DNA from: Camelus ferus | Taxonomy: Eukaryota | Reading direction: 5' to 3' | Length of the DNA stretch: 64,000 nucleotides | Assembly: GCF_009834535.1 (NCBI RefSeq) | Contig: NC_045696.1 | Coordinates: 120,096,001-120,160,000 of the forward strand | Part shown: positions 25,854 through 40,495 of the stretch, piece by piece | Numbering within the stretch: position 1 is the stretch's first letter | Layout: every line of letters begins with the position of its first letter | Notes under the pieces: model-generated | What the model was told of the DNA's origin: nothing | The model's input: only the letters and a program-made list of their open reading frames with translations | Databases searched by the model: none | Made by a program: the position numbers and the translations under genes

Positions 25854-28471
25854 GGACCTTTATTAGTTGATGAAGTGTAGGGTAGGGGATATTAAAATTA
25901 AGTATTAGAGATTTAGTTTCAGAACATTGAGGGTTTGCCCTCTGCTATTGACTTGTAAAAAGTCCTTAGAGAAACTGGTTGTCAATGAGGAAAAGGAAAG
26001 TAAGAAAGTCTGTTTCAGTTGACTCTCTCTGATTTAACTTCACAACTGCACCTGTCAATCTGCAAAACAGGAATCCTTCTACTTCTCTGCAGACAGTAAC
26101 TCCATTATGTTTCCAACATACCTGGCAAAATTTTAGATAAAACTTGACTAAGTGTTGACTCATAGATCAGCTAAATATAGTCAACCATTGTGAAACCACT
26201 TGAAAGAATAAATATAAATATTTAAAATGAAAAAAAATTGTGAGTTAGCTCCTAGCTGAAGGTCACCTGCGTAGTTTTCTCAATGTCTGTCTCTAGGTGC
26301 TTTTCATGGTACTGGATAGCAACCTTGAGAAGTTAATCTGTGCTACAAATTAGCAGAGGTGATAAAGTCTTTGGATAAAGATTACCAAGGACACATGTGC
26401 TGTCCAACAAAGTTCGACTTCCTGAGCAAGGGGACCACACACCAGAGGATGCTGGGGTGCCTCACCAGACAAAGACACAGGCTGGTTATTGTATTTAGGG
26501 GAGGAGTGAGGTTTAGGTAAAATTTCAATAAAGCAGTGTTGTGATGGCTCACAGCAAAGCAGGGCCATGTTTACAGAGGTGACACCAGGCCTGGGCTGAA
26601 GTGAGAACCCAGGGTCCTGTTTCCTTGGAAGCGACCAAGTTAAGATAAATGTGGAATGTTGTGTGAAAACCTGTTATCTGAAGCTCTGCACTTGGGATGG
26701 AAATTGAAGCTGTTTTTCTGTGTTAAAAGGACTTGGATCCTTTAGGCAACAGAGAGGTGTTTCATTCTCACTAAATGTGCCTTCAAACAGCAAAGTTTCT
26801 GATAGTATGATTTTAGAGAACAAGTTTTCTCTTGTTCTTTTTTCAACTAACAAAAGCATTTTCCCACCACAACTTCACAGAAGAGATTCTTCCTCTCTTG
26901 CTAATCGGATATACACTTGATCAGGGTCTCTCTTAGAATAACTACATGACTTTTATAGTCAGACGTCACGGGCTGAGTTAAGATGGAAATGTCATGTCCG
27001 TTACAAGGAGTTGGAGAAGGTCTTTTGGCATTGAGGTATAGTATCAAGGCCATTATTTGCCATTTATTTACTCTGCAAATATTTACTGAGACCCTGCTAT
27101 GTGCCAGTTATTGCAAATGAGATAGAATTTCTGTCTGTGATGAGCTCACAATTTAGCAGTGGAAACAATGGGGAAGGAAACTAACCCAGCCTTCCACAGT
27201 GTTTAGGAGGAAGGCTCTGGATTTAGCTTGTTTGCTCTGCCTGCTTGCTACCCTGGTGCTCTGTACAGACCCCTCAGGTGCTGCATGTTGAGTACGGTGT
27301 GTCTGCATTAGCCTGGGTCCCTGAATGACTACACGGAGGAAAGCCGCTCTCGGACCTGGAATACCCACCTTGGACTGAACTATTTGAGAGGGGAATGACT
27401 TTCTTTGTTCTTTAACCCTACTATTGTTAGGTCTCATGCTGTAGTAGCTGGACTCTTACCCTCACTCACACATACACATACGGAAAACCTTCTATATTTC
27501 CTTTGACTCCATCCTAATCTCTAATCTGTGGGCTAGTTTAGAGCATCCAGGAGGAATACAGACACTGGAGCTCCACCCTGACTGAGTAAAGGTTATCCAT
27601 GCAGGGAGTGTTTGTCAGTGTTCAGTTCATTAATACTTCCATCCATGCATCCATCTCACATGCTGCTTTGAGACTTGATATGGGCAAGGCTCTTTGCTAG
27701 GGGATATCCTGGGAATATGTACCACCCAAAGATGAATGGTACCCAGTCCCTGCTCTCAAGGAGCTTATAGTCTAGAGACTTTAGGTGGAGACTAAACAAT
27801 GAATTAGGAATGATTATGATGATTTTTAATTCTAAGAAATCTCAATTAAAATTAAAAAGACTAGTTTCATTTATATTACTTTATTGTTATTACTACTATT
27901 TTTGGAGAATGTTCTCCCTGGCATGCTTTTACTCAATTTTTATTTTTGTGTTTTCATTTTGTTTTTATTGGTGCCCACAAAGACAACCAACAGTCTACTG
28001 GGTGTAAGATACTTATACTTGTAAAAGACCACCCCACTTTTATAAGTTAAAGGGACGCTAATAATTCAGCTTTGAATTGCAGCTATGTTATATGTATTGC
28101 CTCATAATCCTATTGTTTTCAAATGATTTAAAAAACGTTAACCAGAAAATTAGGACCTCTTTTGCTTAGGTAACTTGTCATTTTAGTTCTTTTGACTTCT
28201 ACCTCCATTTTTCTTTTGAGTTTTAGAAATTATTTATTGAGGCTTAGTATGAATATGACCTTTTTTTAAATTGAAGTAAAAAAAATGACAGTGTTTACAG
28301 TTTACAACGTTGTGTCAATTTGTGCTCATTTTTAAGACCAGTGTTTCCAGAATGAAGGACCATTTTTACATAACGGCAATAAAAAGCCTGTGTGAGCACA
28401 AGTGATGTGTCCACCAGCATAAACACAGTCTTTGCTCCTCCCCTGGCCCCCCTCCCTTTCCCCAAGGAGAG

Positions 28472-28618
28472 TATTAAACACTGGAAAAGCTGGAATGTCA
28501 TGTGCCCTTGAGCCTTTCGGTACTCTAGGGAATCCCTGAGGCTTAAACAGCTTCTTAAGGGATGAAGACAAGAAGGAGCAATTGAAAGGATCAACCAGAA
28601 AGGTTCTGCCAGGTAAGA
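28472..28618 (+). promoter_or_regulatory. Candidate promoter and non-coding first exon of COL6A4 (speculative)
   Basis: TATTAAA at 28472 in apparently unique sequence; strong donor CAG|GTAAGA at 28613; the ATG exon requires an upstream donor. Confidence 0.25.
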
Positions 28619-29559
28619 GGAAATTCTCTTTCCCAGGGAGTTTTCTGTAGGTGGAAACTCTAGTTTGTTTCCACTTGTTTTTGCAAATGCACTGCTTCTC
28701 TTTCATTTCCAGGCAGAGAGACAGAGAGACATAGACAGAGAGAGGAGAAAGAGATAGAGACTGAGAGACCACGGACAGCAAAGAGATGGAGAGAAACTGA
28801 GATGGGGATAAAGACACAGAGTGAAAACCCAAAGAGTTATCTGTTAGATACAGAGAAAGAGTAACCTCTACAAAGAAAACTATGATAAAGCAGTCTGTAA
28901 GTCTCTGAGCTTTTACTGAGCAGGAAGCTGTGAAATATTTTGAGATCTGTGCCTGAAATTTACCATCTGTGTGGACAGGGGAAACTGACTTAAGTTGTGG
29001 GGACTCATGTAAGTTCCAGGACTTATTTCATTGGTGCAAATCTTTGGGAGACTTTGAAAGTGAAGATTAGTGTAGCGTGGTTAAAGACCAAAGGAAAGAG
29101 AAAACACTAAATATTTAATGAACGAATAAGCTTAGCAGAGATAGAAAACTCAGGTGAAAAATGACTCCCACTCAGAGCATTCCCAGGGCAATGGGGGAAT
29201 TTTGAGTTGGAAGCAGGAGTTGTTTTCTTCTGTCTAGCTTGCCAGGGTTAATATAATTTGACTACCATACACAATTTTGATAAATCACTTAAATGATTAT
29301 TTGAATTGTTTATGAAAAATTTCAAACATGGCAAAATCTTTAAAATCCACAGGGTATGCATGTATACGCCTCACCCAGAATCACCATTACGTTTTAATAT
29401 AGTAGTTCAATCATATATCCATCCTTCTGTCTATCCATTAATCTATCTTTTTAAAATGCATTTTAAAGTAAATTATCAACATCAGCATGCTTCTCCCTAA
29501 ATATTGCAGCATGTGTATCACTTACTAGAGTTCAAGAATTTTTTTTTCTAAAATTTATT

Positions 29560-29699
29560 TTTATTTTTTTTTAGAGGGGAGGTAATTAGGTTTATTTACA
29601 TATTTTTTAATTTAGTTTTTTTAACGGAGGCTCTGGGAATTGAACCCAAGACCTTGTGCATGGCAAGCATAAACTCTACCACTGAGCTATACCCTCCCC
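29560..29699 (-). mobile_element. Vic-1-like tRNA-derived SINE
   Basis: A-box tagctcagtggtag and B-box ggttcaattcc on the minus strand; tail aaacctaattacctcccc. Confidence 0.85.
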
Positions 29700-30454
29700 G
29701 CTTAGAATGTTTATTTTTATAAAGCACTTCAAGAAATTACTGTGAAATTGATCAGGATTAGATTTTGTGTGCAATCTTTAGAGAACCGGGACTGAGAGTT
29801 GGACTGAGAGTTCTACATTTCAATTCGTGGAACAAACACAGGGATGGTGATGACTATTAAGGTGTGGGGGTGAAAGAATTATTAACTACTGGCTGAGAAT
29901 TGTTCCACAGATTCTACAAAAGAAAGATAAATCTATCACCTTTTAATTCTTTTTTGTATTGATTCTTGAGGCTAAGAAACAGGCCCTGGGAACACAAAAT
30001 ACAGAAGGACCCTTTTTTTTGTTTCAGCCCCTGAGTGTGTAGCCCCCAGGCCTTTGAAATTATTCTGCCATCACAGAGCTCTTTCTGGTGGTTTCTGACT
30101 CACAGGAGTGGGCGTTGGAAGGTTTAAGGCTGGGTTTCTTCTGCCACTGGCCAGGAGGGGTGGGACCCTGTCTCCATTTTCACAGTTTGCAGGTGTGACT
30201 TTACATTACATTACAGAGTCATTTAGATCATTTAGTCATTTAGAAGTGAAACTGAATATTGTCTGCCTGATATTTTGGCCTGAAATATCCTGACCTTAAA
30301 AACACAATGACTCCTTTTAAAAAGATCATACAGGAAGGAAATTGTTTTGCCCAAACTTTCCAACCTTATCTTGTTTCTTACATTTGAGCTAAGAAAATTT
30401 TTGTGGCTGTGAGTTTTATTCTTTAATTTTTCAATTTTAGTTTTTGGTTTTTCT

Positions 30455-31032
30455 TTCATTGAAGTATAGTTGGCTTACAATGTTGTGTTAGTTTCTGGTG
30501 TACAGCATAGTGATTCATTTATACATGTATATATATATATATTCCTTTTCACATTCTATTTCATTATAGGCCATTTTCAAGGTATTGAATATAGTTTCCT
30601 GTGCCATACACTATGTGCCTGTTGTTTATGTATTTTATATACAGTACTGTGTATATAGAAATCCCAAACTCCCACTTTATCCCTCCACCTCCTTTCCCCC
30701 CGGTAACCATAAGTTTGTTGTCTATGTCTGTGAGTCTGTTTTGTAAATAAGTTCATTTGTGTTATTTTTTTAGATTCCACATACAAGTGATATCATATGG
30801 TATTTTAGTATGATCATCTCCAGTCCATCCATGTTGCTACAAATGGCAGTATTTCGCTCTTTTTTATGGCTGAGTAATATTCCATTATATAAATATACCA
30901 CAACTTCTTTATACATTCATTTGTCCATGGACATTTAGGTTGCTTCCATGTCTTGGCTATTGTAAATAATGCTGCTGTGAACACTGGGGTGCATGTATAT
31001 TTTCGAATTAGAGTTTCCTCTGGATATATGTG
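30455..31032 (-). mobile_element. L1 3' fragment
   Basis: ORF 30814..31092 [23 protein letters not shown]. Confidence 0.85.
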
Positions 31033-31399
31033 TTTTAAAAAAGTCACCATTCCAGCTGCATCTATCCCCCAGCTTGGGCATGGGCTGGTCACAGACTAGC
31101 TCCAGCCTCAATTTCTCAAAGGTCTCACATCAAGTCCCTTTCAAATATGGTGCCCATGATCTGGTTTTACTCATTCTGCAAATTTGCCAAATTTTTAGTT
31201 TTATGCTGTTTGTTCTGATTATATTTTTAACACAGATGAATTAAAAATATACCTCTAATTAAAATGTAGACATGGACCCAGTTGGCTTGGTCCTCCTTTT
31301 ATTGAAAAATAATGGTCTAGGGGGCACCAATTTCCCCAGAGGACCTCTAACTTTTTTGTACAGAACATTCTCCCTTAAGAACAGGAAGTCATTTTTTCC

Positions 31400-32280
31400 T
31401 GAGCAAATGAATTTATGCAACAAATATTTGAGTGGCTTGAGGACCTACTATATGCCAGGTGCTGGGGATACAGCATGGAAACAAAAAGATGCCTCATGGT
31501 GTTATAGTCCAGCTGAGGGTGGGGATATGACAATAGATAATTAATAAAAACCATGATAAATATTATAAAGCACATTAGGAGTTGATAGGAGCCATGGGAA
31601 GGGAGGAAACGCGGGGCAGGGACGGGGTTGGGTGTGCTGAGGGGACGAAGGTGGGTAGTACTTCTAAGTAGAAGGCTGGGGTGGACCTTTCTGAGATGGT
31701 GACACTGAGCAAAGATTGAGGGAGGCGAGGGAACTGGCCATGTGGGCATATGGGGAATGGTGTTCCAGATGGAAGAAACAGTATGTGCAGAGACCCTAAC
31801 CAGTGAGTGTAACTGGCTTTTTTGAAGAACAGCCAGTAGGCTAATGTGATCAGAGTATAATGAACACGGTAAAAAATAAAACCCCCAAAAACAAGGTAAG
31901 AGATGAGTCAAAGAGAAAACTGGGGACTGGAATATAGGTCTTCTAGCCTATTTTAATTTTGTCTTTTTACTCTGAGTAAAGCAAGGAGGCACTGGAAGGA
32001 TTTGTGTGGCGATGACTAGGTTTTTAAAGGACTTCCCTGGATATGTGTTGAGAATTGACTTCTGGAAGAAAAGTTAAAAGCAGGGAGACCGGTGAAGGTT
32101 GTAGTAATCAAGCAAGAAAGGTGACAGTGGCTTGACCCAGGCTGTTTGCAGTAGGAGTGGAGAGGATCTGTTTCTAGACCTACAGCTTTAGAGGCAGAGC
32201 CAAGGGGATTTCCTGAGAGTTTGGGTTTAGGGTGTGTGGACAAGAGAGGAGTTAATGAGAACTGCATGGTTGGGGGCTGT
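31400..32280 (-). mobile_element. Ancient L2 remnant
   Basis: caacaaatatttgagt...tatgccaggtgctggggatacag and gaggcactggaaggattt...ttttaaagga L2-like motifs. Confidence 0.6.
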
Positions 32281-33099
32281 GTTATGACAAGCATGGGGGC
32301 AGCTGCATGAACTGGGAGAAAAGAGGGGAGGGAGGGAAGGAAGAAGGACAGAAGGGAGAAAAAAGAAAAAAAAGAAAAAAGAATGAGCAGAGAAGGGAAC
32401 TGTCCTAGGTGCTGAGCATAGATCGGTGATGAAGACTCAGTCTTAACAAATTCCAGTTCATTGAAACAAGCATACGAGGTTCAGAGGAAGCACAGGACAG
32501 AGAGTAATTTCCTTTCAGGCTTGAGCTAGTGAGGTGACATTTGAGCTGGATTTACAAGATGAATAAGAGGTGCCAGGTGTGTGTGTTTGTATGGGAGTGT
32601 GGGCACGTGTGCACATCATGCACTGGGGCTGAGGAATGGCATGCAGACTTCTAGGAAGAGGGAAGGAAGAAGTAACATCATCTCAGTCTGCAGATGATAA
32701 CTGTGTAAACTTTAGAAAGGTTTGTACCTGAGCCAGTGCATCCCACGGTCTATAAAGAAACATCATCATTCTGAGAGCTGGATGGATTTGTGCTGCCAGA
32801 TTTAATGGGTATTTTTAAAATTTGTCTTAAAAATTTTATTATAATGTGACGATGAATGTATGTATGTTCATGTATAACTGAAAAATTGTGCTCTATACTG
32901 GAATTTGACACAACATTGTAAAGTGATTATAAATCAACAAAAATGTTAAAAAATATATACCTCAATAAAACTGGCAGAAATAATAAAAATTTTATTATAA
33001 ACTAATGTATTCAAAAAGATACAAAGAATTAATTATTTTAAGCCCTTAGTTATTTTAAGAGGAAGTCCTGGAGACAAAAGGGAACAATTTAGCTCAAAA

Positions 33100-33972
33100 A
33101 ACACAGACAGCTAAATAGACACATGAAAAAGTGCTCAATATCACTAATTTCCAGAGAAAGACAAGTCAAAACTACCTTCACCTCACATCAGTCAGAATGG
33201 CCATTATTAAAAAGTCCACAAACGATAAATGCTGGAGAGAGAGTGTGGAGAAAAGGGAACCCTCCTACACTTTTGGTGGGAACGTGATTTGGTACAGCCA
33301 CTGTGGAAAACAGTGTGGCGATTCCCCAAAAAACTAAAAATAGGGTTACCATATGATCCAGCAACCCCACTCCTGGGAACATATCCAGAGGGAACCTTAA
33401 TTCAAAAAGACACATGCACCCCAGTGTTTATAGCAGCACAATTTACAATAGCCAAGACATGGAAACAACCTAAATGTCCATTGACAGATGTCTGGATAAG
33501 AAAGATATGAGATATATATATATATCAGCCATAAAAAAGAATAAAATAATGCCATTTGCAGCAACATGGATGGACCTAGAGATTGTCATTCTAAGTGAAG
33601 TAAACTAGAAAGAGAAAGAAAAATACCATATGATATTACTTATATGTGGGGGAAAAAAGAACACAAATGAACTTATTTACAAAACAGAGACAGATTCACA
33701 GACATAGAAAACAAACTTGTGATTACCAGGGGGAAAGGGGGTGAGGAGGGATAAATTGGGAGTTTGGAATTTGTAGATACTAAATATAAAATAGATAAAC
33801 AACAAGGTCTTAATGTATAGCACAGGGGACTATAGTCAGTATGTTGTAAATAATGTATAATGAAAAAGAGTATGAAAAGGAATATATATATGTATAAATG
33901 AATCATTATGCTGTACACCAGATATTAACCCAACTTTGTAAACCAACTATATTTCAATTAAAAAAAAAAAAG
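33100..33972 (+). mobile_element. L1 3' fragment (ORF2 end, 3'UTR, polyA); a short separate L1 3' tip lies at ~32843-32953
   Basis: ORF 33229..33510 [11 protein letters not shown]...DTCTPVFIAA; A-run at 33960. Confidence 0.88.
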
Positions 33973-36900
33973 AACATAGTCAGCTAGTTAACAAGAGCTT
34001 ATCTCACCCAGATGACCACAGGGCCACCAGCTTGGTGGCACACCTGGCACCCCACTCCTTTGATTTAGAGAGTCTTCTCTCCCTGGTCTAAAATGTCTGT
34101 TACAGTCCAAAATCTCGCTTTCATCCTAGCGTGGTTACTTTCTAGGCTTAATGAAACAAACATGTAGTCACAGCCCCTGGATTCAAGCAACACATTTCTC
34201 TTGGAATAGAAAATGGTGAGGTTTGGTCTTGTCAATGAGGACAGACTATATTTAGGTGATTTTGCTCCGTATATTATTGCTTGACAAAGGTGATGGTAAC
34301 CTCTCAAGGTTTTCTGGCTTTTTACAAAATTCTTCCTCCCCCATTAGCTTGCGACGACTTCACAAGAGCCCCGCCGAGTAGAGATGGCAAGTTAACATTG
34401 TCTCTCTTTTATGCTGATGGAACTGAGGTTTAGAGAGTTCAGATGACTTCCAGGAAGCCACGTAACAAAGATGTGGCAGGGCTGAGTCTTGAGCCAGAAA
34501 ATTCAAAGTCAAATTCTGTGCAATTTTCCCTGCTCTATACTACGCTTTCTCGCCAGTGTCTGGAGCAACCTTCTTCTTAAAGGACATGCAAAAAAAAAAG
34601 GACTGGGTCCAGGATGCTAGCCTAGACAATTGCAGAGGGTCATCACATCTCACTCTTGTTCACCCCCTGGCCTGCTCTGTGTTTCCTGGTGACAGGTCAC
34701 ACTGCGTGTCAGAGAGCCCAGACCCGCCCAGGTCTTTGGAAAGGCCTTATCTGCCTCGTGGACTGAGGCATCCTTCCTGAATGAAATGCCTCAGAAAGAT
34801 AGGCTAGTCATTCCCTTTTCTCTGATGAGTCTGAGCTCATGAAATGCTGGGGAAATAGAGTTTATAAGCCACCCCCCAGTTGAAAGAGTTTGAGTAAATA
34901 TTCTTTTTTCTTTGAACAGAATCGTTCAGCACTCTGTCCAATCACTTATACAGTGATAGTAAGAGGAAAAGATTTATCAGCTGGCTTCAAGGTATCTAGG
35001 ACTACAAAGACTTCTCAGGCCAAGGCTCCACCCTCTGTGTGTCCACAGCCCAGGAGGGGCTAAGTCAAGACAGGGACACAGTCAAGTAGACAAAGACACG
35101 TAATATGGCAAGTGGCATAATTGAGGTAGAACCAGGCATTATGGGAAACTAGAGAAATCGGGATATGCAGAGCGCCTCGGATAGTTGAAAACTGCCCAAC
35201 AGCCGAGATTTTGTTTGGTTCCACAATTTTAAACACCTCACAAATGAACTGTGTGCCAACCTTGTAATCAGCACAGCCAGTGGGAGCAGCAGCGTCATCA
35301 GCCCTGTTTATCGCGCCCTCCGCGTGCTGATGAGCTCCGGCACTGTAATCCTTACCCCTTCCTGGAAGGATGCTCCGTGATTCCGCATCTTCTTATTTTT
35401 TTCCTGAGCCTAATAACACATTAATTGTCATTGAAATGTTTGACACAGCCTCCCACAAATATTCTACCCCAAAGCTGTGTATATATCCAAGCCGCCGTGA
35501 GATCTGTGAATGGGCACAGAAAGCAAACGTTAACGTTTATGCAATACATTAAGGCTAACCTTTCGTTTCTGTTTTCAACTGTCAAACATACTACGTGGCT
35601 TCTAATGTGATGTGTATAGAAGAATCTGTTCATGTCCCCCAATTGTTTGCCTTCTGGAACTTCCTGTTGCCCAGATGTGGTACACAACAGGACTGTCTTG
35701 TGAGAAAGCTCAAAATACAGTGCTTAAAATAAGCCTGCTTAAGTGACCAGAAAAAATATGAAATGAAAAGAGAACATATCTCCGGGTTTCAGAGAATAAA
35801 ATAAAATAAAATAAAGAAATAAAATAGAAAGCAATTTAAAAATGTGTTAAATTAATTTTGCACATTTGCATCGGGTCTTCTGTCCAAATTTTGAAGCTTC
35901 TGCTTACCTCTTAGTCATGTCTCTATAAAGAAAACAGTCTTTAATTGATCATCTTTTCCCACTTAGTTGATAATAGACACTTGGTTTTCTCCATGTGGAG
36001 CCAGAGATGCCGCTGAAGGTAGCTGAAGCGGACCTCTGCCTGAGTGGGAACCATTGCATGCTAAACTCATAGAAAAGAGGTTTTCAAAGTGTGGTCCACG
36101 GACCAACAGCATCATTATCAACCAGGAGCTTGTTAAAGTTGCAGAATCTCAGGTCCCACCCCAGACCTAGTGAACCAGAAACTCTGGGGTGAGGTCTGGG
36201 AAGATGGGCTTTGGCAGGTCCTCTGGGCGATGCCGACACAATGCTCACGTCTGGGAGCCCCTGGCCTAGATCATTAGAGGTGGATAACTTTTCATTTTAT
36301 TGTTGAGGGGTCTACAGGGAAAGAACAGACACCTTGAAGGAGACTGGTATAGAAAGCAATGTTGGTCTAATTAAATGAAGTGAAGGAGCTTTATGGTTGC
36401 AGACTGAGAAACTCTGTCCAGGTCCTCTTCCATCCCACCTTGTCTCAGGCATTTCGGAAAACCAAGGTCCCCATTAGACCCACCATACCTTAGACAGCAC
36501 AGGTGTGTGAGCACCACGTCCCCTTAACAAGTCCCCTGCATGCCAAACCTTAGCTCCAGAGGCATTGGATGAGCCCGTTTGGGCTGTCTAACCCTTCTCC
36601 GCCATCCTTGCACACGCTGTCCTCCTGCCTGGAATGCCCTTTCTCCTCTTGCTCACTTGCAAATTTCTACTCATCCTTCAAGTCTCAGCTCCAACGATAT
36701 CTTGCTCTGGGAAGCTTTCAACCAAGTGATGGGAGATGCTCACCCACCGTGATCCTCAGGACCTTGCAGGGATTTCGATATTATATTGTTCACTCCATGA
36801 TATTGTAATTTATCCATCTCTTTCTCTCCATGAGTGCTCCAAGTCCTCTGAAGAAAAGAACTATTTCTTTAATCTGTTGTTTCTAGTGCCTGACATATTG

Positions 36901-37055
36901 TCTGCCACGCAGTAGACATAATAAAAAAGTAGCAAGGATATTGCAATAGTTTTTCCCTCTCCCCTCTCTTTCTCTCTGAATTAATTCTGCTGAACATTTG
37001 AGAGTAGGTTACTGACTTTAAGACCCTCTGCCCCATAATATATCATGTATATTTC

Positions 37056-37143
37056 TTTTTTTTAAATGGAGGTACTGGGGATTGAACCCAGGACCTCTTG
37101 CATGCTACAAGTGTGCTCTACCACTGAGCTATACCCACCCTCC
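37056..37143 (-). mobile_element. Vic-1-like SINE inserted into an older L1 remnant
   Basis: A/B boxes on the minus strand; TSD tgt(a/g)tatttctt on both sides. Confidence 0.85.
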
Positions 37144-40100
37144 TGGTGTGTATTTCTTAATAACAAGGACTTTGTCTTACATGACTATAACACAATGATT
37201 GAAACAGAATAATTATGTAATCTTCAGTCTATATTAAAATTTTACCTATTGTCTCTTGAAGGCACTTGATAGCACTTTTATCCCCAATCCAAGATCACCC
37301 ACTGCTTTTAGTTGTCACGACTCGTGAGACTGGTTCCTCAGTTCTTCTGTGCTTTTGAGGGGTACTGGCCAGTTGTTTAGAAGACTGTCCCCAAGTTTTG
37401 ATTTATATGATCGTTTCCTCATTATTAGATCTAGAGCATGGATTTTGAGGAGGACTACCATATAAGTGATGCTGAGTTTTCTCATGCATCATGTCAGGAA
37501 GCGTGTGGTATTAGTTTATCCTCTTCCTGTTGATATTAATTTTGATCACCTGGTGAAGTGTCCACCATGTTCACCATTGTACTTTTTTGCCCTTTGTAAT
37601 GTATAATTTTTGCCCTTTGCAATATATAATAACTTGTCAGGAGAAACTTGAAAACTGTGTTAAAATTCTGTTTCCCAACACACTTTTACCCAACAATGTT
37701 AAAATTTCTCAATGATTCTTCCCTGAATCAGTGATTCCTATGGTGGTTGCAAAGTAAATTTTTAAAAATTGAATGAATTAATCTTAAAAATTAGATTGTT
37801 CAGTTAACTACTTGAGCAACATAGTTTGAGAGGAGTTTCTCTCTAAGCCAAACTCACTAGAATTATTTCCAGAAAGAGTCAGTATCCTATGCAATTCATT
37901 TAATGACTTTATTTTTTGCCTCCATGATGAGTCCTACATGTGTAAATTCAATCCCCCTTCCACAGCTTAAATTAGATATAAACATCCTCATGAAATAGTA
38001 GATACGATGTAGGTACTAAGTCAATCTACAGACATTTTTCTCTTCACTGATATAACACACGCATATGCACAGCTGTAAAATGTTTATAAATGTTTGACTT
38101 TTCCACTAGGTTTCCATAAACAGCTCCATTGCTTTATTTACCACTGACTAAAAGTATTTCTCATTTCTTTTGACTAATTGCATTAATGCTAATAATTAGG
38201 ACATAGTATAATATAAAAATGTGGATACCATACTTGAAAGCTTTATATATCATCTAACTTCTTAGACCCAAGAGCTTGAAAAATTGAAGTACAATATCTT
38301 ATTGTAATAATAGCAATCATAGTAATCATAGTCATAACATATGAATATAACTTGGATCATTCTTTCTGGCCCTTTCAAACTTTCAGTCTCTTTACCCTCA
38401 TATTGCCCTTAACCCATTAGAACAGTCCATTCTTTAAGATTCACACTTTCATTTATTTGCCATTAGATGAAAGTTTGTTGAAGAACAGAACATTTATTCT
38501 TTTTTTTTTTTTACAAAAATGTAGCTAGTCTTTATTGATAAATATTTGAGCAGTTTCCTTTTTTTTGCTATTACAAACAATAGTGTAATGAGTAACCCTG
38601 TATATACATCATAATGCAATTGTATCTGTAGGATAAATTCTTAGGGATGAAATTCTTGAGTAAAGGTCACGTGCATTTAACATTTTAAAAGTTTGTATTA
38701 ATTTACAATTTACACAGCAGTTCCTATTTGCATCTTATTATGAATGAGACAATATCTTTGCACAAGTTTAAAGCCATTTATATTCCTTTTCTGTTAACTA
38801 TTTATGCCCTTTGTCCATTATTCAACTGGGTCATTGGGGTTTTTGCTATGTTTTTAAAGAAACTTTTGTATTTTAAGACTATTATCACCTTGCCCATTAC
38901 GTGAGTTGGAAAGTTTTCTCCCAGTTTGTCATTTGTCTTTCATTTTGCTCCTGAGAAAATTTATTCCTAAAGTATTTTCTTTCAAGTTACAATGGGAGAT
39001 TGATGTAGAAACATCAATGAGGAACAGAGAAATCCAATTTTATCACATCTACTTATTGGAAAAATCACTGGATTGATATGCTGGAGAAGGTTTGTAATAG
39101 AGTGGGCAGTATGCTAAGTGTCACCCAGCCAGTGCCGAGCGCTCTAGGGACACCCAAGCCAGTGCCAAGTGCCTTAGAGGCATCACATAAACCTTGAAAG
39201 GGGAGCCAGCTTGCTCAGCTCCAAAGAGCAAGAGATCAGGCTGAAACCAGAATTAAGGGCTGTGGGCTTACTTTGAAGTCATGACTTTACCCAGCATTTT
39301 CTGTTGGCATAAAATAATAAATCTGATGAAGTTATCTCACACCCTTGAGTTATTCTCAAGGAGTAAATGCACAGTAGAAGTGTGTCCTTAGGGAGACACG
39401 GTGGATGCACTTACCCCTTCTGCAAAGAGGACCTCAGCTGTTGTGTGGCTGCTGTTTCTGGGCATCGTGATATCATTTCCACACGATATTCTGCTTAAAG
39501 GGCCCAAGACTGCAAAGTGATTTAGACTCTGTGAGATTCTTGCCTAAGCTCTTTGATGAGTTTAAAGAAAACCCTTTAAGGTTTACTGGATATTTTTTAT
39601 TGTGTCCAGTATGTAAAATTTCTCTCCCCTCAAGGATAGTTCACGTCTCTAAACACGAAAGCAAGGTTTGTAATTCCATTCTCTGGAGCACCTCATACCA
39701 TGTTTTGGACAAAATATCGTGCTCCTTGAAGACCTCATTGGTGAATAAAGGGCTTGAGCTCACATCTTACCCCAAGGCAAATTGCTCCCAGGTCTTCATT
39801 CTGCATGACGTGGACTCTGGGGAGCTGAGTGAGTCTGGACTTGTAGATTTTCACTGAGGGGTTTGAAGTAGACGTCCAGCCATGCGCTGGACCTGGAGTC
39901 AGGTCACCTAGAACAGAACCTGATGGTGCATGCCTGTGTAGCCCGGGGATGCATCTTACACTTTTCTGGGACCTGATTTCTTCATTTCTATCAACAAAAG
40001 GTGCAGAGGAAGGCCTTCTTTGCTGGCCTTTCCCAGATTTGAGGTGAGGAACATGGAGATATTAGCACAAAGCAGCAACCAACTGAAAATGAAAATGAGA

Positions 40101-40254
40101 TCAATTAAATAAAAAAGAGGAAGTAAAATATAAACAACAAAATAACTGCTTTATTAATAACAAAGCATTAGTGTTCTTTTACCTCCACAGACTCTGAGTC
40201 TCAAAGTAGGGGGAATCTGTTTCTATTTTTACATATTGGGTTTCCAAGAAGACT

Positions 40255-40495
40255 TATTTAACGAGCACTTAAAGAGTGCTTTCCATGAGCCAGGCATGGG
40301 TTAAAGTGCTTTACAATAATGGACTCATATGACCCCGATCACAAGACTATGAGGTAGGTGTTATTATTGCCCCCATTTTACAAATGGGGAAACTGAGAAG
40401 TGAAGCAACTGGTCCAAGATCAACCCTTAAGCAGCAGATCTGGGATTCAAACCCAGGCAGTCTGTCTCCAAGAATCCTTACTTTTAACCCCACTA
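40255..40495 (-). mobile_element. MIR SINE
   Basis: Core ccccattttacaaatggggaaactgag and gggattcaaacccaggcagtctg. Confidence 0.8.

Noticed and set aside
29560..29699. tRNA-like A/B boxes (several loci)
   Set aside because: These are SINE heads with AT-rich tails and, in several cases, TSDs; not tRNA genes.
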